Source: Promethearchaeota archaeon
Lineage (GTDB): Archaea; Asgardarchaeota; Heimdallarchaeia; Hodarchaeales; Hodarchaeaceae
Direction: 5' to 3'
Length of the DNA: 64,000 bases
Assembly: GCA_048938105.1 (NCBI GenBank)
Contig: JBHLMN010000002.1
Location: forward strand, 96,001-160,000
The translations under genes were made by a program, and so were the position numbers. The notes below the pieces were generated by a model. That model saw only the letters and a list, made by a program, of their open reading frames with translations, had not been told where the DNA came from and made no database searches. This document shows positions 48,112-56,972 of this stretch, piece after piece (the first letter of the stretch is position 1; each line of letters starts with the position of its first letter).

Positions 48112-50982
48112 ATGAGAATTTTTCACTATATAATTGCATTAAATTTCATAATGCTGCTTGTTATGAATATCTATGCTGTTTTTATAATAACCAACATTTC
48201 TTTATCAAATGAAATCTCAGATCAATTGCCTCTGAATAGAGACAAAATGAGCAGTATGGCGTCATATCATACTCCTCAACCGAAAATTGATTCTGAAGTC
48301 ATCTCAGGGAAGACCACTCTTTCAACAGATAAAGAAAGTTATGCTCCTGGTGAATGGGCAACAATAACCGCTGAAAGCACCACTGATGAAATGAATGGGT
48401 CACTTGAATGGCAATTGGAATCTCCTATTGGTGAGGTTGCTTTTGATTTCTACAGTATTTTCCAAGATATCTTTGAAGATCGCTTTTTCAATGACCCAGC
48501 TATTCCAGATTGGACAAATGAAGGTTTCTATTCTATTGAGGCAACTTCAGGTTATTTGAATTTAACTGAGGTTGCTGATACTGATAAAAATGATACTGAA
48601 GTCTTTTACAATACTACAGAGCTGAACCCTGATAGATATGTGATTTCTTTCGATTATTTTTCTCAAGGTCAAAATCTACTTCTAAATCCTAGTTTTGAAG
48701 GGGGAATTACTCCTGATTGGTTTTTCAACAGTTCATACGTCCAATCTGTTGATGATCCCAAAAATGCCTCAGAAGGAAGTTACTATTTAGATGTCAATGG
48801 CACTGAAGGTTATTTATTAGAACAAAATGTAAGTATTATAGGTGGAAACATAAAACGTAAGTTTATAGTCTCTGTAAAAGCTACTGGAACTACAAACGAC
48901 AACCATTGGCGACTGGAGCTTCAAGCTTATAATTCAACAGGTTATCAGCTTGGAAGTGATAAAATATCAGATTACTCTCTGGATGCCAGCTCCGATGAAA
49001 AAGGATATGTCACTACAGCTATGATTTGGGAAATACCTGAAAATACCACGAAACTACGTTTTAGATTCCGAGGTCGAGATTCCGGGGTTGATGACCTGTA
49101 TACTGGTTGGGTGGATGATTGTTATCTTTATGAAGTCCCACCAATACTTAAATTTTCTTATTATGGTGCAGATAACACATGGAAGGAAAGATCACTTGAT
49201 GCTGAAACGTATGAATGGCAAAATGCTAGTTATGAGGTAGAGATGGGAAAAAACCTTTCTAAAACCTTTAGATTCAAACTACCAGATGATAACACTTTCA
49301 AAAATAACGCAACTTCATTTTGGTTAATAGATAATTTCGCAGTTAATCTGGTTGCAGATCCGAAACATGACCCAATAACAAATTCAGAGGCAAAATTTGG
49401 TGGGAAAATCAATTCTACTTGGTTTCATAGAGGTGTTCGGGAAGAACTAACTAGTTCTTATAATGTTGAAGTTGAAGATCCTGAAAATGCTACTAGCCCA
49501 TCTGAATGTAAAGCCACAATAAAAGTTCTGCTACCAATCCATCAGGTATATTTTGGATCATGGATATTTGTATTTAAAATCCACCAAGTGGATGTGGAAG
49601 CGGAATACCTTGATACTAAGGCGATTAACATCTCCTTTATAATTGAAGAACCAATGAATTATGTTGTACAAGATATTTATCTTCTTCGTGGATACACTAA
49701 CAAGACAATAGGTAATGATTCTGTCTTTACTGAATATTTCGAACAAGAAACCAATATTCAAGCAATTTCACCTGGAGACAATGTAACACTTTTAGGATTT
49801 CTTGAAGCCAATTCGACTAAAGGCGAATGGTATAGTTTGAATTATTTACAAATTGGTTCTTCTAACGTAGAATACAATTGGTATAGTAATTGGCAATCTC
49901 GAGAAAACATCACATGGGGGTCATTTGGATTTATTCCCTTTGACAAGAATGGAAAAACGATTTTAGATGGTAATTTCTCTTCTCCTTATGACAACCACAG
50001 TACCATGGCTCTAAATTTTAAAATCCCCAACCGAGGAATCTATGGGAATTTATCAGCTAATCTTACCATTACTCTTATTGGAGACAATATAAAACCCGAT
50101 GGTGTGGGTGGAGAGCCATTGAGCCTGACAATCCAGTTAAATCTGCCTCCTGTTAAGTTTAAAATAGACATTGTTGAGGAAAATTTACCAGCAACAAGTT
50201 ACTATCTAACAGATTATTTGGGTGGAAATATTACTCTAAAATTCTTAAATTATAACGATACTTTAGAAACAGTTTTTTCAAATCGCACAATCTCATCAAA
50301 TATTTCTATTCCAGTGAAAGATTTAGAACTGACTATCTTTTTAGATAATTGGGATAAAACACCCGACAAAAAAGAAATTTCACAGCGCTTTCATTACCAT
50401 TTTATTGGAAAAACAGTAATATGGTTAGATCCTGTGAACCCCAGCCTTCTTGCTGGAACATATGCTTTTAGAATTCGATGGAACACTCCGTATAAATTTG
50501 GAGTACAGGATCAAGAGGAATTAGATATATCTCATTTAATAGAGATTAAGGGTTCTCTTGTAGTCATTCTATCAAAAGAATTCCCTGAAATTCAACAAGG
50601 AGGACAAAAAACAATCAATTTTTCAGTTCGCCTTGACAACGAGACAGGTAAAAGAATTGGTGGATTAGATCTACTAGGTATTGTACTTAATAATCAAACC
50701 AATGGGAATCTAGTTATCTATGAAGAAGAAGGCGTATACAAGATAGATTTGGATGTCGCTCTTGAAGTCCAGCCAAACAACTACACAATTGAAATCTTCG
50801 TTGTTGGACGAGTTGATGCAATAGGTGAATTAACTTATCGGGTCACAGAACGCCCAGAGGCCCCAAGAGAAGAGGAAACACCTTTAGATGTAGTTATTAG
50901 CGTTGGTGGATTTCTCATATTCATTCTTGTAAGCATTGGGGTCATTGGCGCGATGTATTGGGCAAATAAATCTTGGAAATAG
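48112..50982 (+). CDS. Cell-surface glycoprotein with CBM4/9-like and Ig-like domains and a C-terminal TM
   Basis: Signal/TM at the N-terminus, NLLLNPSFE...VDD, many NxS/T sequons, C-terminal TM; ATG at 48112 follows GGTGA. Confidence 0.75.
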   Translation: MRIFHYIIALNFIMLLVMNIYAVFIITNISLSNEISDQLPLNRDKMSSMASYHTPQPKIDSEVISGKTTLSTDKESYAPGEWATITAESTTDEMNGSLEWQLESPIGEVAFDFYSIFQDIFEDRFFNDPAIPDWTNEGFYSIEATSGYLNLTEVADTDKNDTEVFYNTTELNPDRYVISFDYFSQGQNLLLNPSFEGGITPDWFFNSSYVQSVDDPKNASEGSYYLDVNGTEGYLLEQNVSIIGGNIKRKFIVSVKATGTTNDNHWRLELQAYNSTGYQLGSDKISDYSLDASSDEKGYVTTAMIWEIPENTTKLRFRFRGRDSGVDDLYTGWVDDCYLYEVPPILKFSYYGADNTWKERSLDAETYEWQNASYEVEMGKNLSKTFRFKLPDDNTFKNNATSFWLIDNFAVNLVADPKHDPITNSEAKFGGKINSTWFHRGVREELTSSYNVEVEDPENATSPSECKATIKVLLPIHQVYFGSWIFVFKIHQVDVEAEYLDTKAINISFIIEEPMNYVVQDIYLLRGYTNKTIGNDSVFTEYFEQETNIQAISPGDNVTLLGFLEANSTKGEWYSLNYLQIGSSNVEYNWYSNWQSRENITWGSFGFIPFDKNGKTILDGNFSSPYDNHSTMALNFKIPNRGIYGNLSANLTITLIGDNIKPDGVGGEPLSLTIQLNLPPVKFKIDIVEENLPATSYYLTDYLGGNITLKFLNYNDTLETVFSNRTISSNISIPVKDLELTIFLDNWDKTPDKKEISQRFHYHFIGKTVIWLDPVNPSLLAGTYAFRIRWNTPYKFGVQDQEELDISHLIEIKGSLVVILSKEFPEIQQGGQKTINFSVRLDNETGKRIGGLDLLGIVLNNQTNGNLVIYEEEGVYKIDLDVALEVQPNNYTIEIFVVGRVDAIGELTYRVTERPEAPREEETPLDVVISVGGFLIFILVSIGVIGAMYWANKSWK

Positions 50983-51043
50983 TTCTAATTTCTTCAATTC
51001 CTCGATTTCCTCTTGAAACGGATAAGAAGATAATTAAATTGAA

Positions 51044-52081
51044 TTAGGTAATCTCTGTATAAAGATTTGCCAGCTTTTTCACGGATGTGTTGATATCATG
51101 GTTTATCAAAACCTCTTCACCATTTGATTGTAAAGATTTCACCAGATTTTTATCCGACGCCAAGCGATAGATTTGTTTTGAGAAATCCCCCACTGATTTC
51201 CCTTTTAGACAATTCACATCAGATGTTAACCAGTTAAATACTGGATGATCACGAACAACAGGCACCTTACCATAAGCAATGCTTTCAAGAAGAGCAATTC
51301 CTTGGTTTTCTTCTCTACTGACATAAAGAAATACATCAGCCGCGTTCCAAAGTGCTTCTAGTGTCATTCGTGAGACATAACCAGTAAAACGGATATTTGC
51401 AGTTTTTCTCGCGAGTCTTAACTTTTCACGTAGGAAAGATGAATGAGCTATTGTTCCAAGGGCCAAATATTTTCCTATCCAGAAGAATTGATGTTCTGGA
51501 CATGAAATAGCTACATTAGTAAATATATCAGGTGCTTTACGATAAATACATATCCCAACTGTGATAACTAGAAACTGTTCTTCAGAAATCCCAAGTATTT
51601 CACGTGTTTTTCTTCTTAAGGTTGGATTCTTACGATTTTTCGTGAGATCAATCCCATTAGAAATCACTCGAATTCGTGAGGGATTGTAACCATATCGAAG
51701 AAGAATATCACGATTGTAATCGCTTACTGCAACAAGATAATCAGCATAGGAATAAAATTTTGTTAAATATGGAATCAGAGCAAAGTCAATTCGATTTGAA
51801 AAAATAAAACTATTACGGAAATCCTCGATAGTAGTGTGGCCAGTCATTACAATCTGGTATTTTTTTTCCTTTCGTTTGAGAATTTTAGCTTTCCACAAGG
51901 ATTGCGGAAGGGAAGTTTGAAAATGGTAGATATCATATGGGTGGTTTTTTCCATTCAAATCAGTGTTTATCCCATGTTCTGTTAATTTATTAGCCAACCT
52001 GGTCGCTGAACTATATACACCACTACCAATTAGACTTCTCTCTAAGTCAAGAATGAAATTAACTTTCATGAGAAACAACAC
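51044..52081 (-). CDS. GT4 glycosyltransferase
   Basis: GSGV, HTTIEDF, ISNGID, RKAP, EENQGIALLES. Confidence 0.9.
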   Translation of the reverse strand: MLFLMKVNFILDLERSLIGSGVYSSATRLANKLTEHGINTDLNGKNHPYDIYHFQTSLPQSLWKAKILKRKEKKYQIVMTGHTTIEDFRNSFIFSNRIDFALIPYLTKFYSYADYLVAVSDYNRDILLRYGYNPSRIRVISNGIDLTKNRKNPTLRRKTREILGISEEQFLVITVGICIYRKAPDIFTNVAISCPEHQFFWIGKYLALGTIAHSSFLREKLRLARKTANIRFTGYVSRMTLEALWNAADVFLYVSREENQGIALLESIAYGKVPVVRDHPVFNWLTSDVNCLKGKSVGDFSKQIYRLASDKNLVKSLQSNGEEVLINHDINTSVKKLANLYTEIT

Positions 52082-52191
52082 TTACTTCCAAAAGTCAGTA
52101 TCAAGGCAATTGGAAAAACTTTTTTCTTTTTTGACTTCTTTCTATTAATTGCAATAGAAGCCTTTTTCGGTTAGTTGGCTTTTACTGAGTC

Positions 52192-52707
52192 TTGCAGAAA
52201 ATAAAAGAGAAAGAAATGATGATCGACATACCAATAGTTAACCTTTCTTTTAATCCTCTTATCACTCTCCGCCGAGCTAAATTATCTGATCTTGATTTTA
52301 TAAAAGAGGTTTCTCATACAGAAATGGACAGTATTTATCCAGGGAATTGGGAAAGTTGGTTTGAAGACATAAACAAGTTTATTATTGATACTCCTAATCA
52401 TCATCATAAAATCTTTGTAATTGAATTCCAAAGGAATTCCGTGGGTTATCTTTGGTTCAATGAAGAGGTGAATTCCTTATGGATTACGGCTATTGTTCTC
52501 CATTCAAAATTTCAACGGAGAAATATTGGACAGAAGGTCATGAATTATTTAATTAATGAAAGCCGTAAGGAGGGAAAAGAATTCATTGAATTAGGAGTTC
52601 AAAATAATAATAAAAAAGCACTTCAATTCTATTACAAACTAGGTTTTGAACACTTTGACTATGTAAAGGTAGTAAATACTGACTTAATTAGGTTAAAACT
52701 TAATTAA
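52192..52707 (+). CDS. GNAT acetyltransferase
   Basis: FQRRNIGQK, NNKKALQFYYKLGF. Confidence 0.9.
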   Translation: MQKIKEKEMMIDIPIVNLSFNPLITLRRAKLSDLDFIKEVSHTEMDSIYPGNWESWFEDINKFIIDTPNHHHKIFVIEFQRNSVGYLWFNEEVNSLWITAIVLHSKFQRRNIGQKVMNYLINESRKEGKEFIELGVQNNNKKALQFYYKLGFEHFDYVKVVNTDLIRLKLN

Positions 52708-52749
52708 TTTAAATAAAACGGCCAATGAACGGTCAAGAACATAATAGGT

Positions 52750-53085
52750 TTAAAGAAGAATGTTACAAATCGTTTTATCACTAATAATATCATCGATAAT
52801 AACTGTGGGACCTGCTTCTAAGTAAATTGTCAATATAGGAAATCCCTCAGCTGTTTCTAGGTTAACCCGATCAATATTCTTGGTTTTTAGAATTTCAGTT
52901 GCCTTAAAAACCGTCTCTTCTAAGTTACTTCCCTCAATGTCAAATTGTCTATACCCTTGGTTGAAAGGAGTAGCTATAAAGAATTTATCAGATTTATATC
53001 GTGGAATGTTCTTGACAGTTGATAAAATGTTACTTAAACTATATTTTAGTAAGTCTGCTTGATCTTCAGTCCAAACTTTTGCCAT
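52750..53085 (-). CDS. Hypothetical protein
   Basis: 111-aa ORF. Confidence 0.6.
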   Translation of the reverse strand: MAKVWTEDQADLLKYSLSNILSTVKNIPRYKSDKFFIATPFNQGYRQFDIEGSNLEETVFKATEILKTKNIDRVNLETAEGFPILTIYLEAGPTVIIDDIISDKTICNILL

Positions 53086-53203
53086 ACATACTCACATCGA
53101 ATATAATTTATTGAAATTAATGAAATCATTAATGGTTATTAATATAAAACTTTGCTAAGTTAGATATGATTCTAGAAAAAGAGGGAAATTAGAAAAAATA
53201 AAG

Positions 53204-54004
53204 CTACTCTAAAATCATTGGAGCACCAATAAAAGCGAAATCTTTAGAAACAATTGCAATTTCACGTCGTAGCCCATTAAGATATACTTCATTGGACCAT
53301 TTCTCTGGAAATATCTGTAATAGATTAGGGGAGATTTTCCTAATACCAGGGATGGTCTCTTCATAGATCTTATTAGATGACTCTAGAGAGATTTCATTAA
53401 CTATACTACCACCCGCAAATTCAGAAATAAGGATTCGCATAGGAGCAGTTGGCGAATCAAATTCCTCATAACTTTCCGTTGTTTTCCTTAGCATGACTAG
53501 CGGTTCCTTGAAGGGAAAAACCAGCTGAGCTAAAATAACACCTCTACCAAAAGCCCTACGGGTGTAACCAGTCGATTCCTCTTGTATTCTTAAAGTGCTA
53601 AAAGAGAATTCTTGTAAATAATCGCTCACAATCATGAAATCATATGGTGGAGGAAAAACAAAAGGTTCAGTATTAAAATGATTATCGAGCCATTTTTCCT
53701 CTGGAATAACAATACCAGTAATATATCGGGTATCTGTAGTGATTGTTTGTTTACTTACAGAGAATTTAGTCCAATAGATTCCCGCTCCATAAATTAAAAT
53801 GTATGAACTATCATCATAGATTAAACGTGAAAAATCAACAGGAATAAAAATCACACTAGCATTATTCATGGATTGAACTGTTTGATTTTTGTAAACCCAT
53901 TTTTTATTTGTCATATCAGCGAAGGAAATCCAATCAGAGATCACAATTAATGATTTTAACCGACCTAAAGGGTGTCTTGCCAAACCTACGGGTCTTTTTC
54001 TCAT
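53204..54004 (-). CDS. Hypothetical beta-rich protein
   Basis: 266-aa ORF with GAGGT SD. Confidence 0.6.
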   Translation of the reverse strand: MRKRPVGLARHPLGRLKSLIVISDWISFADMTNKKWVYKNQTVQSMNNASVIFIPVDFSRLIYDDSSYILIYGAGIYWTKFSVSKQTITTDTRYITGIVIPEEKWLDNHFNTEPFVFPPPYDFMIVSDYLQEFSFSTLRIQEESTGYTRRAFGRGVILAQLVFPFKEPLVMLRKTTESYEEFDSPTAPMRILISEFAGGSIVNEISLESSNKIYEETIPGIRKISPNLLQIFPEKWSNEVYLNGLRREIAIVSKDFAFIGAPMILE

Positions 54005-54211
54005 TTAGCCAAACCTCTTGTGCATCAAACCTATACAAATTTCTCTGGTTAAATACCTTAGCGTTATTAGTTTATAATTCTGAGTATTCAACTATTTCAT
54101 AGATTTTCTATAAATGAGTCCTCATGACTTTACTCATGAAATATTACCCGATACTTTTACTGAAAAAAAAGGTGGAAATAGAAAACTTTAGAGAGGTTAA
54201 ATTGTACTCTT

Positions 54212-54667
54212 TCAAACACCTTGGATGATTGGTAATTTAAACAACTGTGTCGTAATGATATTAAACACGTATATGAGGAAGAGTGTAATAACGCCTATCC
54301 AGATACTAGCATTCCACTTTTCTATTTCGCCTCGTTCGGGAATCAAGACGTATTTAATCAGAAATACGATGGCTAGGTAAACTAGGACTGGAATTAATTG
54401 AGCTGCAGCTCCTGAGAAAATATTGGTAAGATCCAACTGTCCCATAGCACCAATAACTGCTCCTATTACTATTGCTACAAGCAATACAATCACTACAGCA
54501 ACTAATAATAACCGAAGAATATATCCAGTTTCGGTTTCTTTTTTACCTGCAATCAGTCTAGTACCAATATATAGGATAATAGCCACTAGGATAATTGCAA
54601 CAATCAATAGAACAAGAGTTGTTAATTCATTTAATTGTGCCTGTTGTTGAAAAATCATGAATATCAC
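54212..54667 (-). CDS. 4-TM membrane protein
   Basis: Four hydrophobic helices. Confidence 0.7.
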   Translation of the reverse strand: MIFMIFQQQAQLNELTTLVLLIVAIILVAIILYIGTRLIAGKKETETGYILRLLLVAVVIVLLVAIVIGAVIGAMGQLDLTNIFSGAAAQLIPVLVYLAIVFLIKYVLIPERGEIEKWNASIWIGVITLFLIYVFNIITTQLFKLPIIQGV

Positions 54668-54760
54668 CTTATATCATTCAAACAAGAAAATAGAGTAATT
54701 AAATAACACTTTTTATATTACTGATAAAAATTTCATTGTTCCCTATAAGCATGACTAGAA

Positions 54761-55960
54761 TTAAGTCGAATTATGGATTTTCTTCGTCAAGTGGAATGCT
54801 TTCTCTAAAAGTGATACAAAGCCTGTAGCTGAACATTTTTGAGCGGTTTCAAATGCTTTATCAGCATATTCAGAAACAATTTCCGGGTTTTCCAATAATT
54901 TCTTAATAGCTTGAGCCAAGGCGTCTGAATCTCCAGGAGGAACGAGAATGCCATTCTCATCATCTTTAATGTAATCCAAAACTCCTCCTCTAGCGACTCC
55001 TATCACTGGAAGTCGTTGACTCATTGCTTCAATCACTGTAAGACCTTGGGTTTCAGTATCACTTGGAGTAACCATAAATTCTCCCATTCTATATATGTAT
55101 GGCAATTTTGTATGACTAATGAACCCAGTAAAAGCACAATTCCTTAGATTAAGACTTGAAGCTTGTTTTGAATACATCTTAAGATCTGGCCCATCTCCTA
55201 CAATCAATAGAAATGCATCAGAATATAGCTTTTCAACCTGTTTAAAGGCTTTTAACATTACCTCTATTTTTTTTTCGTATGAAATCCTTCCACAGTAAAG
55301 AATAATTCGATTGTTTGGTTTAATTCCAAACTTTTCATTCATTTGAGTTTGGAATTTCTCTTCCTCTAGTGTGTTTCGATTAATCTTGAAAAAAACGCTT
55401 GAAATCATGTTTGGTAATGCATATACAGGAGGTCGAACTCCATTGGATTTCAAGGCTTGTTGAAGCGTCTTTGAAGGAGTGATTACTACATCTGAATATT
55501 TGTAAAACCATCGGATATAAATCCAAGCAAAACGTCGAAACCAAGGGGTGAATTTTTCTGCTTGAAATCCGCCAATCATATGTCCTGAGTACTCAACCAA
55601 GTCCGTATGATAAGTATTTAACAACGGGAGGTCATAAAATACACGAGCGGTTAAAACGGCCCCATATCCTAAGGAAAAAGGACTATGGCAATGAATAAAA
55701 TCAAGCTTTTCTCTTCTAATAGCTTTGGTAAATAATAAAGTTGGAAAGGCAAGACTATATCCAGGGTACGCAGGGAATGGAAAACTTTTCAATTCATAGA
55801 TTGGGATACCATCTATCTTAAAGGGTTTGGTCTGTTTCAGTTTTGGTACAAAAACAATGAAATCATGCTTGTTGCGCAAGCTTTGAATTTCGTTTATAAT
55901 ACTGATGACGACACCGTTGAGATTTGGAACCCAGCTGTCAGAAAAAATACCAATTCTCAC
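54761..55960 (-). CDS. GT4 glycosyltransferase (monoglycosyl-lipid synthase-like)
   Basis: MRIGIFSDSWVPNLNGV, HCHSPF, TYHT, GRISYEK, SDTETQGLTVIEAM. Confidence 0.9.
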   Translation of the reverse strand: MRIGIFSDSWVPNLNGVVISIINEIQSLRNKHDFIVFVPKLKQTKPFKIDGIPIYELKSFPFPAYPGYSLAFPTLLFTKAIRREKLDFIHCHSPFSLGYGAVLTARVFYDLPLLNTYHTDLVEYSGHMIGGFQAEKFTPWFRRFAWIYIRWFYKYSDVVITPSKTLQQALKSNGVRPPVYALPNMISSVFFKINRNTLEEEKFQTQMNEKFGIKPNNRIILYCGRISYEKKIEVMLKAFKQVEKLYSDAFLLIVGDGPDLKMYSKQASSLNLRNCAFTGFISHTKLPYIYRMGEFMVTPSDTETQGLTVIEAMSQRLPVIGVARGGVLDYIKDDENGILVPPGDSDALAQAIKKLLENPEIVSEYADKAFETAQKCSATGFVSLLEKAFHLTKKIHNST

Positions 55961-56075
55961 GATATCAGACCCAAGTTAAGCTATTTTTGAGGCAAAATAC
56001 AAACTAGTTGCTTTATTACAAAATAAAAGAGGATGACAAAAGTCTTATGGTAATGTTCTAGATCAGAATGTTTCC

Positions 56076-56972
56076 TTATAAATGAAGATATTTGATTATA
56101 TCACCTGATATAGCTATCTTTTCAAGCTCCTGTATTAACTTTTCAGGGATCTCATCGGATTTAGGGGAGCAAGCAGCAGCCATCCTATGACCCCCTCCTC
56201 CAAAAGCTTTCGCAACAGTGGAAACATCATAATTCGGCTGTTCAGCTTTTGAAACCCTAAAACTAACTCGAACAGGTTCTTGGGTTGATTTTGAATAAAT
56301 TAAAGCTATAACGGCAACTTTTCGCTTAAAAAGTGGTTGAAACACTTCTTTTGATAGTTTACTGTGAAGAACTTGACGAGTGTCCAAAATCAAGATGCGG
56401 GGTAACGTTGGAAAATTTTCAAGAAAATTCCTAATTTTGTTGTGAGTCTCATAATATGTGGATTGAACTCTATTATAATTCTCTTGAAGCCATTGAGTAG
56501 TAAGGATTTGCTTTCCATACTCCGATAATAACTCGCTGATTTTACGTAGAATATCTAGATTGTCACTATTCATACTCAAAACAATATCTAACTTATGGTA
56601 TTCAGCAGGTAATTGAGCGATATCTGCAAGATGTCCAAGCTGTTTAATTTCCGCCGCAATTGGATCACTATTAAACTGTAATAATGTATAAACTAGATCA
56701 GTTGCGGAAGCTGCATTGGGATCCACTATATCTTCTTTTGATAAGCGGTTTGTCTCTATTAAATTTTCGTAGTTTGACTTGTGATGGTCGATATTGATGG
56801 ATGTCCCGATTTTTGGTAAATCACAGGTATAATCAACGGAAAAATTACGATTAGATAACTCTTTAGCCTTTTTTACTGTAGCAAATGTTATTTCAATCTC
56901 AGATCCAAATTTACGAAGAAATAGAGCAGCACAACAGATGCCATCGAAATCTGTGTGAGTTACAATTCTCAC
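56076..56972 (-). CDS. DHH/DHHA1 phosphoesterase
   Basis: HTDFDG, IDHH, GGGGH; GTG start overlaps the upstream stop codon. Confidence 0.9.
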   Translation of the reverse strand: MRIVTHTDFDGICCAALFLRKFGSEIEITFATVKKAKELSNRNFSVDYTCDLPKIGTSINIDHHKSNYENLIETNRLSKEDIVDPNAASATDLVYTLLQFNSDPIAAEIKQLGHLADIAQLPAEYHKLDIVLSMNSDNLDILRKISELLSEYGKQILTTQWLQENYNRVQSTYYETHNKIRNFLENFPTLPRILILDTRQVLHSKLSKEVFQPLFKRKVAVIALIYSKSTQEPVRVSFRVSKAEQPNYDVSTVAKAFGGGGHRMAAACSPKSDEIPEKLIQELEKIAISGDIIKYLHL

